Positions 30,401-43,659 of a DNA stretch of 64,000 nucleotides are shown here, piece after piece. The number at the start of each line of letters is the position of its first letter. Within the stretch, counting starts at the first letter, position 1. The notes below the pieces were generated by a model that saw only the letters and a list, made by a program, of their open reading frames with translations, was not told the DNA's origin and did no database searches. A program made the position numbers and the translations under genes. This stretch comes from Tubiluchus corallicola (lineage: Eukaryota; Animalia; Priapulida): assembly GCA_030141605.1 (NCBI GenBank), contig JAQGDQ010000695.1, positions 47,208 to 111,207 on the forward strand, in the 5' to 3' direction.

Positions 30401-33400
30401 CCTCAGATCATCAAAAATCGCTCTGTAATTTTTTGCATTATTATGATATATTATGACTCCATTATACATTCGCTTGCTTATGTTTAAGAATTATGCTTGT
30501 GTTATAAAGTAAATTTCAGTTGCCATTGTTATTACGTTTCTGTTGTCAGATTTTTATTTCAGTTCAGTTTTATTTCAGTTATTTTCAGTTAGATTTTTTT
30601 ATTATGCACTTATTATTACTGTGTATGAATTGTACTAACACGTTATAAGCATATCAATTTAATGTCATTCGTAATAATTAATTTCTATTATAAGCAGTAC
30701 TAACACTAACACACTGTAGCATAGCGCCGTTGCTTTTTGAGCATGCCTGCTAAAATACTTTCGTTGTCTGTTTGCATTTTAGGAGGTTCTTCTCTGGTTG
30801 CACAAAGTACAGAAAGACCTCGGTGGTGAAGTGTCCGATGAGAAGCTGCGAGAATTTGTCTGGAACAGTTTGAAAGGTGGCCAGGTAAGCCAGTCATATA
30901 TGTGTGTGCTTGCATAGCAACATCGTTCATAAATCGGCAGTTAAGCTTTTCTAGTTATTCACAATTCCTGAATCTCCATTTCATGAGGATCATTTTGATA
31001 CCAAGTTCATCTCTCTATGTTATTTTTAAGCTGAGATAATCCACGTTGAAGTTGAGGTGCAGGCTGCACACTGAAAAACATAATCTTGAGAAAATCACTG
31101 TTAAAGTCAGCCATTGTTTTTTGTCGTGTCTCTACAAAACACTTAACAACCGCACAAATGTTGGTTGCTATGGACTTTGCCACCACGGTCAGGGAAATCC
31201 TCGAAAATCCTTTAAAATACTGGCTATCCTGAAAAGTCAGGGAAAAAGATAACTTGGTAAAAACTCAGGGAAGTTGGAAAGAGATGCAAAAATAATCACT
31301 GTGAACCGATATTTTTCCAAACATGTTTTTCAGCGATTCGTGTTCAAATGAAATTTTCCTATGGCAGGCTCCCAGTTTCGATTTCTGTTCCAAAAATAAT
31401 GATCAGATTAAGAAAGTTTATGTAATGTGATTAGTGTAATTTAGTTAGAACTACTGTAACTGTGTCGACACATTATATACCAGTATATGTATGAATGTCC
31501 GTACACAAAAATGGTTGAATATGTTTACTGGTAATGGAATTTCTGCTTATCTTAATCATGGAAAAGTCAGGGAAATTTGTTTTAAAATGTTGTGGTAACC
31601 TTGTTTATAATGACTGACTCCGTTTTTTCTAATTTGTTGTATAACATGTAGCATAGAGTAGACGTTCTTCCTGGGTACAGTCATGTTATATAGATTTGTA
31701 TGATAATTTTTATTCTCGAATGTTCGAGTTTTTTTCATTAGTATTAATTCAGTAAAAGCTACTGGCTTTGCATTATAAATGAGGACTATGTAGGATGTTT
31801 GCGTATTTTTGATTATAAGTGTATTTATACGCAAAATTTTTTGCGGGGCCTTTGCTAGTTAGTATTAATCCGCTTGTGTTACACCTTACAGGTTGTTCCC
31901 GGGTACGGCCACGCCGTATTGAGGAAAACCGATCCTCGTTACGAAGTACAGCGGGAGTTTGCCCTGGAGCACCTCCCCAACGATCCCATGTTCAAACTCG
32001 TTTCTCAGCTGTACAAGATCGTACCGGGAGTGCTCTTGGAACAGGGCAAGGCGAAGAACCCGTGGCCGAACGTCGACGCCCACAGCGGGGTACTCCTCCA
32101 GGTGAGTTGCCGCGCTTACTACATTTGGTTGCGAAATGGTCGTTTACGTGGACGTATTAAATTTGTTCCATGTAAATACTGTAGTTAGTCCACTTTACCA
32201 GCATCACATTCATTATAGGTAGTGTTTACCTGATTGTTAAGATTAAGCTAGTGTTTACACGGGTAGCAAAGATCAGACTCGGGTACCCTATTCCGTATAC
32301 CAGCTGGGTACCTGATTGTTAAGATTAAGCTAGTGTTTACACGGGTAGCAAAGATCAGACTCGGGTGCTCTATTCCTTATACCTACCGGGTACCCGACTG
32401 TTAAGATTAAGCTAGTGTTTACACGGGTAGCAAAGATCAGACTCGGGTACTCTATTCCTTATACCCACCGGGTACCCGATTGTTAAGATTAAGCTAGTGT
32501 TTACACGGGTAGCAAGAATCAGACTCGGGTACTCTATTCCTTATACCTGTCAGGTACCCGACTGTTAAGATTAAGCTAGTGTTTACACGGGTAGCAAAGA
32601 TCAGACTCGGGTACTCTATTCCTTATACCTGTCAGGTACCCGACTGTTAAGATTAAGCATTAGTGTTTACACGGGTAGCAAAGATCAGACTCGGGTACTC
32701 TATTCCTTGTACCTGTCAGGTACCCGACTGTTAAGATTAAGCTAGTGTTTACACGGGTAGCAAGAATCAGACTCGGGTACTCTATTCCTTGTACCTGTCA
32801 GGTACCCGACTGTTAAGATTAAGCTAGTGTTTACACGGGTAGCAAAGATCAGACTCGGGTACTCTGTTCCTTGTACCTGTCAGGTACCCGACTGTTAAGA
32901 TTAAGCATTAGTGTTTACACGGGTAGCAAAGATCAGACTCGGGTACTCTATTCCTTATACCTGTCAGGTACCCGACTGTTAAGATTAAGCTAGTGTTTAC
33001 ACGGGTAGCAAAGATCAGACTCGGGTACTCTGTTCCTTATACCTGTCAGGCACCCGATTGTTAAGATTAAGCTAGTGTTTACACGGGTAGCAAAGATCAG
33101 ACTCGGGCACCCTATTCCTTATGCCCGCCGAGTACCCGACTGTTAAGATTAAGCATTTATATTCACAAATAAAAACAACCACTGATGCATTTCACCTAAC
33201 TGCACTGTTATGTTAACAACAAGCGTTCATTTATTACACTTTGAAACCCCGAACGCACGAACTGTGAGTCGCGAAAGTTGGTGTTTTCCCCACACAAAAC
33301 ATTTGGCCGAGTTTTTATCTACCAGACTTTAATTACTTCATTGCACAAGTTTATCAACGAGTCAGCCTAGGTAGTACTGCACTGAGCACTATTAATACAG

Positions 33401-34732
33401 CATAGGGATTAGGGTAGTGTCTGTAGAATCAACATAGCTAAACATTTTATAATATATCAAGGACCAAAAGTCTGGAATGAGATTTGTCAATCCGCAAAAA
33501 ATAGCAAAAAAATGCTAAAAAATCAAATTTTAAGTAAGTATCAATGAGTAATAAAAATTTCTATCAGTATCCATCCTCACAGTAGTTGCAAAACAGTGGT
33601 GTTAGCTTAATCAAGTTATTTTAATTTTACATACTATTAACAAATAATAGTCTTTCTATCTTTTATATTATCCCATATATGAGCTTCATTCATTACATCA
33701 TTCCATTTTAAGCACTAATGTTTTTTTATCACACGATTCACTTTAAATTTTCAGATTATCTCCATTACTTTTTTTTCTATCACTGTGTGGGACAATCTAA
33801 CAAGCCCTGCTTTTTGATTGCCCGCAACACATTTACCTTCGTGTATAAGTGAACAGTGTTTGAGGCTTTTCCTGTGCAGTATTTCTTATTTGTATTACGT
33901 TCATTGTAGGTCCTTTCACTAGATATTGTACATGAAACTATTGTAAATGTGTAATGTGAAATAAATGACTTATGACTTATTTTCTCCAATAATGACGTGT
34001 CACAAACTTCCATTTTACAAAGAAACTTATCCATAGAAATGGGGTCAGAATGACAAATTGCAAAAAACTCTGAAACGGGCCGGGGGTTTGGGGACCGCAT
34101 AGACCCCATGGGGGTTTAAGGGGGCTAAGCAACAAATTGCAATTTTGTGACCATAGAGAGCCTCTAAGTGGACTCAAAATATCAATTACCTTGTTTCATG
34201 CATAATTTAAAATACCCAACTATCAGGGATACATGATACCTAATTGTCTCAAAAACGCCTAAGTACTGGCTGCTCCTATGCAAAAGTATATAAAAACTGT
34301 CTGCAATTGACTCAAATAACTCTGCACAATTGATTCTATATTTTTATACATAGAGATATACACGTGGTTACACTGATGTACGTGATGTAAACAAAGTGAC
34401 GGCCTGCCACCTAGCGGTCAGCTTGTGAAATAATGTACTGGGTCCGTAAAAATTTTCTCAACGAATTGTTGCGATTATCTAAACGAATGAGTTAGCAGAC
34501 GTCTAAATGAACTTGCCGTAGTTTGACTTTTGATTTCTGAATTATTTTGCAGTACTACGGAATGACGGAGATGAACTATTACACCGTTCTGTTTGGAGTC
34601 TCACGAGCTTTGGGAGTGATGTCGTCCCTGGTGTGGTCCAGGGCTCTGGGGCTCCCGCTCGAGCGTCCGAAGTCGATGAGCACACCGGGTCTGAAGAAAT
34701 TCATCGGCGTCAGCGACACCGGCGGAGCTTAA
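18456..34732 (+). CDS. CS: Mitochondrial citrate synthase, complete, 9 coding exons
   Basis: Exons 18456-18494 ([13 protein letters not shown], transit peptide start), 21420-21584, 24168-24365, 26811-26999, 27927-28126, 30098-30227, 30783-30884, 31892-32101 and 34553-34732, all with consistent phases. Catalytic motifs [40 protein letters not shown] and [11 protein letters not shown] are present. AATAAA at 35318. Confidence 0.97.
18712..19190. repeat. Dispersed repeat family (unclassified)
   Basis: Shares TTCTAAGCTGAGATAATCCAC.TTGAAGTT...GTGCAGGC with ~30930-31180, ~46700-46810 (reverse) and ~61590-62355. Confidence 0.65.
19284..20036 (-). mobile_element. Dispersed retroposon-like element with internal 137-bp tandem units (3 units)
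   Basis: Also at ~49036-49781 (4 units) and ~58408-59153 (3 units). The minus-strand end reads AATAAA followed by (TTCATAG)n, like a non-LTR retroelement tail. Confidence 0.65.
20671..20940. mobile_element. Tc1/mariner-type MITE (CAGTC ends, TA duplication)
   Basis: TA|CAGTCAACCCTTGTTAAACCGGAC...GTCCGGTTTAACGAGGGTCGACTG|TA; a longer copy is at 53848-54192. Confidence 0.8.
21734..22304 (+). mobile_element. Tc1/mariner/pogo-type MITE (CAGTG...CACTG ends, TA duplication)
   Basis: TA|CAGTGTTC...GAACACTG|TA; a second copy in opposite orientation is at 50531-51160. Confidence 0.8.
22661..22927. repeat. 33-bp minisatellite, ~8 copies
   Basis: TTAACCCCCACCCCTAATTGTCTTTGTTTAATA. Confidence 0.95.
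23545..23812. repeat. ~52-bp minisatellite, 5 copies
   Basis: AAATGTGATACAAGTGGCAACACTGCTCACACAAATGCACCGATTTGGCCGA. Confidence 0.95.
24440..24772. repeat. 29-bp minisatellite, ~11.5 near-perfect copies
   Basis: GACTGGTAGAACTTCTGACTACAGACTCA. Confidence 0.97.
25441..26700. repeat. Degenerate ~52-62-bp minisatellite
   Basis: GTTGTAATGTACTGTTACGTTACAGTATGTTACGTTGTGTTGAG(TTATGTTGAG)ATTTGTTGG. Confidence 0.95.
28120..28222 (+). repeat. 31-bp tandem repeat spanning a citrate synthase splice donor
   Basis: CAGGTGAGTTGATGTTAATTAATCAATCCGG x3 plus CAGGT. Confidence 0.9.
28645..29448 (-). mobile_element. hAT-type MITE, same family, with an internal ~370-bp insertion
   Basis: Perfect TSD gtctaaca on both sides; the family sequence is interrupted at ~28800-29170. 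Confidence 0.8.
32230..33156. repeat. 82-bp minisatellite, ~11 copies, each with an internal inverted repeat
   Basis: The unit contains TCGGGTAC...GTACCCGA. Confidence 0.95.
33655..33980 (+). mobile_element. Probable LINE 3' UTR fragment with AATAAA and (TGACTTA)n tail
   Basis: A second copy in reverse orientation is at ~57262-57580. Confidence 0.55.
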
Positions 34733-36021
34733 GTCAGCGCGCGCACACGAGATCTGTTCATTTTCAGAGCGAGGTGCTTAAAATGCGCCGATGTAGAAAG
34801 TCGCCGAAGATATCCACCATTGCTTGTTCGTCTCTCGTGCAGTATTTTAAGCACCTCCTTCTGCCGTACCTTAAATTTGAATGTGGCGCTCCCTGCCCGT
34901 TCTGCTCAACTGAACGTGTATTCTAGTAGAACCATTACTAATCTCAGTTTGTGGGTGATTCTTTACACCATTATAAGTTTAGATGTTAAGAATGTGCAGC
35001 TGAATGAGTGGATTTACTGTATATATAGTTTACACAATTCTCGAAATTCTCTTTTAGCTTCAAAAACTTCGTTACGAAAACGTATTTGCTTAGTACTCGC
35101 ACCCGTTTGAATAGCGCGTATATTATTAACACGGTTGGCAGATTGGTAAAGATTTATCTGTGTATTAGCGTAGTTGTGAGGTAATTACTGTTTGTGGTAG
35201 TTGTAAAAATTTACTGAATTCACATATTGACACCGGTGCACTTTAAAGAATCTTCAGTTTACATTGTTGGCTTTCACGCGGTATATAATGGATATTAATG
35301 ATCATGTTATGTATAGTAATAAAAAAGTGTAACTAAAAGTCTTGTGTCTGAAATGTTCAGTTTAAAAGAAAACCGGACGATTGATTAGTCTAATTCACTG
35401 TCCAAAATCTACATATTCTTGCCTATAAGTTTCTTATATTTCAGTAATTATCTTGGAAAGTTTATCAACGGCAACTGGACACAGCTGTCGTTTACATCAC
35501 AAACTAACCGGACGATTGAACACAGCTGTCGTTTACATCAGAAACTAACCGGATGATTGATTAGTCTAATTCACTGTCCAAAATATACATATTCTTGCCT
35601 ATAAGTTTCTTATATTTCAGTAATTACCTTGGAAAGTTTATCAACGGCAACTGAACACAGCTGTCGTTTACATCACAAACTAACCACAGTTTGTGCAATG
35701 GCAGGCATCTTCCATTGCGCATCAAGCACATTTGCGCAAGCGAAGATTGCTTTAAGACGCTGATGTGATGTAACGAAAATGAGCTCCAAGTCACAATGAC
35801 GTCACAAACGAACGCTGCAGTTCATGGTTACGCTTATCACGGTACCGCGCCTATTTGTCGGCCACGCAAATGTGATAAAAAAGCACCATTGCCAGTCTTA
35901 GTGGTTTCACTGAGTTTTAACAAAATTCAACTATCCGAGGTAATTATTATTTAATCTAAGCTTCGATTTAAAAAAAGCTTTTGTAATTTTCAATATTTAT
36001 ACGAATACTCTTTTTGAACTA

Positions 36022-36482
36022 CCGTATATACTCGCATATAAGCCGAATTTAGAACTATAAAATACAATACTGAAATCAGGGGGTCGACTTATATGCGCAT
36101 GAAACAAAATGAACACAAGGACAGACACTAATGCCAATTTTGCAGCCACACATTTTCATCGCTATCTGACTCTTTATTTGGTTGTGTGTCACCAATAGTG
36201 TATTGGAGGGGGATCGTGGAGGATCGACGTCCACCAAGTTTTTTTTCAGAAAAAATTCACATTTCAATAAATGTCTGCTTTTTGTATTCATTAGATAAAA
36301 AATATTAAAAATGTATAAATATATGTGACAAAAAGGGATCAATTTTGTTGATTGGGTATGGAGTAAAATTAGACAAGTTGATGGTCGGCTTATATACGGG
36401 TTTTTGCAAAAACTGGCCATTTTAAAGCAGTTTTAGGGGGTCGGCTTATATGCGATGTAGGCTTATATGCGAGTATATACGG
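36022..36482. mobile_element. MITE with CCGTATATACTCGCATATAAGCC terminal inverted repeats, TA duplication
   Basis: A 23-bp TIR is visible at both ends, each flanked by TA. Confidence 0.8.
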
Positions 36483-37473
36483 TAATATCTAAACAATCGT
36501 ACGGTTTCCTTTAAAGAGTTGCAAAAGGGCTCATTTGACAACGAAGCCAAAACAAACCATCTCAAAATTGACATAGGTTTATTATTCGCTTAGACAAGCA
36601 ACACATACAGCAGCATACATTATCAAGCAATAAACAGCATGATGGCTATCACTACGAGTAATATTTCAATTTCACGTCTAAAAAGAAGCGAAACATGATT
36701 CGACCATGAGTACAATCTGCTATAGTTTGGGGGATAAACTGAATCGAACACAAGGCGGCGCTGTTTGCCATGGTTTAACACTGTGAAATTGAATCAACAT
36801 GATCATCACTACGATACATTTGCAAAACAAATTTGTGTGAACTGTCACTCGTTGGACACGTCAGCGGGTTTTCACTGACAGTGGAACAAAACGGAAACGA
36901 TCGCGATCACTACGTCACGTATGCGAAACATAATTTACCCGCTGGTCACATTTCGCTGACCATTCAATTGGCGGCCAGAGACATGCCAGTAGTGTGACAA
37001 TAACAAAAGAACAGAACAGTGACATGACAATAATCATTAAGGTACATTTTCAAAAAGTTATTAACGACTTGCTAAGTTCGATCAACTAGTTCTTCTCATG
37101 ATAACTCAAGCTACACAGAACGAGGAACAGAACAATGACATGACAATAATCATTAAGGTACATTTTCAAAAAGTCATTAACGACTTGCTAAGTTCGATCA
37201 ACTAGTTCTTCATGCGAACATTTTTTTAATGATAACATAAGCTACATAATAGAACCTATTTTCGTTTGCAAAATATTACAGATATTGTACTATCACCTAA
37301 CAACACCAATTGTGCTATTTTTCTACAGAATGCTAGAATGTTCGTTGGTCAATGTTAGACCGACGAATTTTCCGTAAGTCACGAATATATCACTGGGAGA
37401 AATGACGGTATATCTAAAAGTTTACGTAACTAAAATTTCCTAGAAACCGAAGTAATGGCGGTAGCGGAATGGC

Positions 37474-39238
37474 CTACTGCTCCCACTTGCCAAGAATGTC
37501 TCCATCTCTATATAAAAAGTATTCCTAGAAAAAACACACAATGTCGTTATAAAATAATACGCTCATACGTGTACAAGGTCGTTATAAAATAATACGCTCA
37601 TACGTGTACAAGGTCGTTATAAAATAATATGCTCATACGTGTACAAGGTCTTTATAAAATAATATGCTCATACGTGTACAAGGTCGTTATAAAATAATAC
37701 GCTCATACGTGTACAAGGTCGTTATAAAATAATACGCTCATACGTGTACAAGGTCTTTATAAAATAATACGCTCATACGTGTACAAGGTCTTTATAAAAT
37801 AATACGCTCATACGTGTACAAGGTCGTTATAAAATAATACGTGAATATACAATGATTAATGCTTAACCCTTTCAGTCCCAAATTATTTTTTAATAAGAAA
37901 AAATTTCTAGCTTGGTACTTTTGTTCCCAACGTATCCTGTGGGATACACAACATTCTTTGTCATGGGCAAAAAAACAAAGTCCGACTTTTTTAAAAACAC
38001 AACAATAGCAAAAAATGTGCTTCATTTTGCAACTGCTGATAATTTTTTAAAGTATTTAAGACATTTAGTATGCACGCTATGCTGATCTGTACAAAGTCGT
38101 CTCTAATGTACTGTACCTTGCGCAGTTTTTTATGCTATGTAGATTTTCTAGTTTGCCATTTTATCACCATTTTTAGTCTATTGTTATTGGCTTAAATCAA
38201 AATAACTATTAACAGATCAGATAAGTGTCAGTTTAAAAATTTTATTAATTTTAAAGGCAGAAAATATTCTCGTATCCCACAGGACATAATGCTGCATTAA
38301 GAATAAACAAATTTTATTTCGCAGACGTTTTGTTACCTACATTTCATAAATTATAACATTAAACGTGATTTTACTCAAGTAAGTTCAAACGAGGTTTGAT
38401 ATTTCGGTTGATTGGGCCTGGAGATCTGAAAACTTCAGGGTTGTCAACACTGAAGATGCGCCACATTGCCGACAAAAACACGTCACAAACTGTTACGTAA
38501 ACGAAATTTTCGCGTTATTTGAACTAATTTCGCCAAGATGTTTCAGCAGTTTTTGACATCTAGGAGAAAAAAGGGAAATTGGATAAATACTAGTAAAACC
38601 TCTTAAAAATGTTACCGAAAATTCTACGAAATTTCGGCTACGAAACTTAATAAATTTCGCGGAAATCGAATGTACTGACGAATCGAAACAAAAATGTCCT
38701 TCCTGTAAGATCCCCGCTTGAGAGAGCAAATGTTTAGAACAGGTTCATAATCAATATTAAAACAGTTTAGAAAAACTACGTAGACAAACCTTTTCATCAA
38801 TTTCTATTTTTGTTCCTCCAAATTCCGGTAAAATCACTCTGTCTCCAACTGACACCGACGTTGGTATAAAATCACCCTTCTGAAACAGCAGAAAAATAAT
38901 TTGCGCAAAAAAAACAAGCTTACAAATACACTAAACAAGAAACGAGTTTAAAAGGGGCTATCGAACAGTGTACAGGCGCCAACCTATTCCAAGTCGTGCT
39001 TGAATTCAATATGTAGGGTTCCCATGGTCAGCAGCAGCAGCGGTAGTAGTAGTAGTAGTAGTAATCGTAGTAGTAGTAGTAGTAATAGTAGTAGAAGCAG
39101 TAGTAGTAGTAATAGTAATCGTAGTAGAAGCAGTAGTAATAGTAATCGTAGTAGTAGAAGTAGTAATTGTAGTAGCAGTAGTAGTAATTTGTAGCAGTAA
39201 TAGTACTAATAGTGGTGGTAGTAGTAGCAGTGGTGGTG

Positions 39239-39274
<36 letters not shown>

Positions 39275-39372
39275 GCAGTAGTAGTAGTAGTAGTAGTAGC
39301 AGTGGTGGTGGTGGTGGTGGTAGTAGTAGTAGCAAAAGTGGTAGTAGTAGTAGTAGTAGTAGCAGTAGTAGC

Positions 39373-39434
<62 letters not shown>

Positions 39435-39475
39435 CAGTGGTGGTGGTGGTGGTGGTAGTAGTAGTAGCAAAAGTG

Positions 39476-39517
<42 letters not shown>

Positions 39518-41933
39518 ATAGTAGTAGTAGCAGGAGTAGTAATAATAATAATAATTTATTAGCCTGAATTTCATAAAATGCTCAAGGACTTGAGAAAGTT
39601 TGAAAAAACTACATCATGACTGGGCTGAACAACTATGAAGTTCAATAAAAGTAAAAATATACTTAAATAATACACATAATACACATGATACACATGATAC
39701 AAAACTACAGATAAAATTTAAAACATGATGGAAATCCAATATAAATTAATTTCATTATGTAATTACAGGTTAAAACTTTTTCAAACAAAAACGTTTCGTG
39801 TCACAGTGATTATTTCAACGCAGACAGCCAGTGAGATTCTTGCATATAAACTGACCCTTGGCTTCCTTACCTCTGACTTTGCTCCTTGACCAGTAGCAAC
39901 CACTGTTGCATCGAGCACTTTTCCTACCGACTTTTCCGGTAACAAAACCCCTCCCTTTGATTTCAGTTCTGGAGCAAATTTTTCTACTAATACTCGGTCA
40001 AACAAAGGTACAAATTTCTTGAACGCACGTGCCTGTAACGGAACAAAATGTAACGGAACAAAATGCAACAACTTTTGAAATGCTTCTACTAGTAATGATT
40101 TAAAAAAATGTCTGACGTAATGAGAATTAATATGATAAGCTGTAGCCTCGTTATCTCGCCACTGTCCGTCTAGGGCAAATTTTTGGCGAGAGGCGAGTAT
40201 GGCGAGATAACTCATAATTGTCTCAAAAATGCCTAAGTACTGGCCGCTCCTATGCAAAAGTATATAAAAACTGTCTGCAATTGACTCAAGTAACTCCGTA
40301 CAATTGATTCTATATTTTTATACATAGAGATATACACGTGGTTACACTGATGCACGTGATGTAAACAAAGTGACGGCCTGCCAACTAGCGGTCAGTTTGT
40401 GAAATAATGTACTGGGTCCGTAAAAATTTTCTCAACGAATTTACACGATTTACAAAAATGGCATTACTGGTCTTCCAAAAACTCAGAATTCCGCGTATCC
40501 ACGCAAAATTCTCATCCCTGCATAGGATGAGGAAAGACCATAAATCAGTAGTCACTCAACCCTTATAATTTAATATTGTAATAGCAGAAAATTGTAATAC
40601 ACGCTATTGTAATTTGTCTCCAACATTTATTCACTGCAGAAAAAAGGGCAAGAGGAGGGCTAAACAATTTTTTAAACAATTACGCCCAAGTGACATATAA
40701 CTTCAGCGAATCGAATCAAATTAACGCAGACTCCGATTTTTATTTGGCTTCAAAGTGTTCTGGCAGAGCTTTGTGACATCACTAATAGATAATACTTAAC
40801 AAATTTAGGTGGGACACGTATCGCACCACAGCATGACGAGAGACACCGATGACAATCGCAAGTATACTGTCATACGCGATGATGAGATGACTGCAGTATG
40901 TTAAATTTATACTTGACTGCAGTATGTTGATTTATACTATCGAATGATTTACTGACATTAGCCTGCAGATGGCGTTGAATGCGCTACTTTCACTAATCAC
41001 CTGAGTATGAATACAGCTCAAGCGTTTGCATCATAGTTTCTATTATTTTTAACCCTTTCAGTCCCAAATTTTCTTTTAATAAGAAAATTTTTTTTGGCTA
41101 GGTACTTTTGTTCAGTATGTCCATCTTGTTTACACATAAAATTTTTTTCTACCTGTGCCCGCATGCTAAATATAGCCTGTATAACACGGGATACATTGCG
41201 ATTCAATGGACGCAAGAAATGTGCTTCATTTTGCAACTGCTGATAACTTTTTAAAGTATTTAGGACATTTAGTATGCACGCTATGCTGATCTGTACAAAG
41301 TCATCTCCAAAGTACTGTACCTTGTGAAGTTTTTTATGCCATGTAGATTTTCTAGTTTGCCATTTTATCACCATTTTAGTCTATTGTTGTTGGCTTAAAT
41401 CAAAATAACTATTTACAGATCAAATAACTGTCAGATTTAAAATTTTATTAATTTTAAAAGCAGAAAATATTCTCGTATCCCACGCGATACAACGGGTTAA
41501 ATTAGGGTTTAGGTGCATGCATTAAGTGTACTGTGAGATCAGCTCTCATGACTTATAACACAGCATAGGATGCTAATCACTTTAATACTTTTAATAATTT
41601 GTACCATGTACATATATATGTTTTTCCAGTTTTTTAACAGCACCTGTGTATCAATTATTAACAACAAAAATCTTCAACCGATGGCCATTGCCTCCAGGCG
41701 TAAATATACAGACTTTAGTCTTTACAGCACTATTCAAAATTAAACTATACAATTGAATTCAACTACGAACCCACGTTGTCTAATTCACTAGAGCTGTGGC
41801 GCATATTAATACTGTAGGGCTAATCGTACTAAGGGGGGTCACTTCGTTAATATTAACACTAATAAAAGTCACTATTATTAACAACCCTTTCACGAACCTG
41901 ATTTAATGGAGTACACATTTATGCGCTTACCAT
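37474..41933 (-). CDS. HSPE1: Mitochondrial 10 kDa chaperonin HSP10 (cpn10), complete, 101 aa
   Basis: Minus-strand exons 41931-41933 (ATG only, followed by GTAAG), 39871-40032 (ARAFKKFVPLFDRVLVEK...GGVLLPEK...VVATGQG), 38790-38879 (KGDFIPTSVSVGDRVILPEFGGTKIEIDEK) and 37474-37524 (EYFLYRDGDILGKWEQ*). Confidence 0.95.
37543..37841. repeat. 35-bp minisatellite, ~8.5 copies, next to the last HSP10 acceptor
   Basis: ATAAAATAATACGCTCATACGTGTACAAGGTCGTT. Confidence 0.95.
37867..38287. mobile_element. piggyBac-like MITE copy, right end missing
   Basis: Sequence similarity to 12695-13150. Confidence 0.7.
39029..39555. repeat. (AGT/GGT/AGC)n trinucleotide microsatellite
   Basis: Direct inspection. 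Confidence 0.97.
41053..41496. mobile_element. piggyBac-like MITE copy
   Basis: TTAA|CCCTTTCAGTCCC...CGGG|TTAA; similar to 12695-13150. Confidence 0.75.
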
Positions 41934-42031
41934 TGTAAATAATTAAGAAAATTAAATCAGCAAAGCAGTATCGTAAACCCTAGGCATGTATTAAAATTAA
42001 TTTCACCAAAACTTTCAATTCCAATTGAAAC

Positions 42032-42061
42032 TGAACGTTCTTCAATCTTCTAGCAAATTCT
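42032..42061. promoter_or_regulatory. Heat shock element (HSF site) upstream of HSP10
   Basis: Six trinucleotides in exact 5-bp register: GAA(42033), TTC(42038), CAA(42043), TTC(42048), GCA(42053), TTC(42058), about 100 bp upstream of the HSP10 ATG. Confidence 0.7.
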
Positions 42062-43644
42062 CCGTTAAACCTAGACAACCACGTGCAAAATTGACTTACG
42101 CGCATGCCTAAAGGGCAAAAGCCCTGAAAGTGTATGATCCAGTATCATAAGAACCTTCAACGTTGCATTTGCACGACTCATCGCGATTCTGTGGATACAG
42201 TCGATCAACTTTACCACCACCAGTGGCGAGCAAATAGACATCAATAAAAAGATGCGAGGTTAACGACACCGAGATCAACTACCGGTATTTACACCAAATA
42301 TCTTACCTCTTTTTTATAAAATTACTAAAAAACCTGTATATCTAAATGTTTGTCTTATCAGTATATTGAGAATTACATTATTTAATATTATTGTCCAAGT
42401 CAGTAGATTTGTTCTTAATCAATAAGCCTAGAAATAATGAAATTGAATTCAAATCAAAATGTATTCAACTCCTGTTGTTGATTAATAGCATTATTAAGCC
42501 AAAGTGTTTTTATCATTTCGTAACAATTTTGACCTGTATTTCACAAAAAATCTAAATGCAATTTTTAGTTTAATCAAGATTGACCTTATTTTATTGCCCG
42601 CTAATTAAACTACATGTACATTCTTTTTTCTGGATTATATAGCAAATGTCATAATTTTAAATTTACTAATGTTTCCTAAATTAAACTGATAACATTAATG
42701 CCCACAAGTGTCTAAAAATCATTTTATCCATATTCAGTAAAGGATAGCAGACTAGGTGACTTTATTGTCTTTTCACATCCTTTCTCTAGTTCTAGATCTA
42801 TCTATACATTTTCACCATTCTTCAAAACTTGTTAGAGATTCTTTTATTAATCATGTTTCATTGTACCATCATAAGAGATAAATAAATTAAAATTGAAATT
42901 GTCTTTTCTGTTCGGTTATCCTTGATTATGTGTTTAGTTTCAACAGGTCATTCATAAACACCCTAATCATTTGTAATTGGTATGTGCTCCATTCACTTAT
43001 ATCTTGTTATAATATATGTACTGATAGACCCAATTTGTTATAATATGCAGCTTTCCATTCAGAACTTAGAATTCATTGCTAGATTTACCATAAGCACACA
43101 ATTATAATTTACACAGAAGCATTTAATTAACACAAATTTTAACACATTAGCTTATAATTTTTATTGAGACTACTGGTATGCCTCTGGACCGCGCACCAGG
43201 AAGAAAATCTTGGGCTGGTGCTGTCTGGATTAATGGTAAATTTTAAAGTTTGAAATTTGAGAAACAAACAAACACACACACACGCACGCACACACACACA
43301 TACGCACACACACATATATTTGCAGTATATTTGGAATAGCACCAGATTGCCTATTTGTGCTTGATTGCCTTTGTGAGATTGATCTCCTGCTGGTGCGTGT
43401 AACGCAGTAAACTAAGCCAAACTATCTTTGTTGTTCTGTTTCCGTTCGTCATCGCTGTTTTTGTTGCTGCTAATGGGTATTTTGCAGCGTGAAATTCAGA
43501 AGCCATTGTGATAACTGACGACAGACGTGTGTAAGAACGGAGTCGTGAAGAATTCTCCCTCTTGCTTCGGATGTCTGTATGAAATACAGATTTGGGGCCT
43601 TCTTAAAGCACGTGTTCCTGCCATGCTCTTTCTGTGCTCAATGC

Positions 43645-43659
43645 CGAAAATTCTAGAAA
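43645..43659. promoter_or_regulatory. Heat shock element near the presumed HSP60 first (non-coding) exon
   Basis: Perfect three-unit cGAAaaTTCtaGAAa, ~60 bp before the candidate donor at 43722. Confidence 0.65.
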
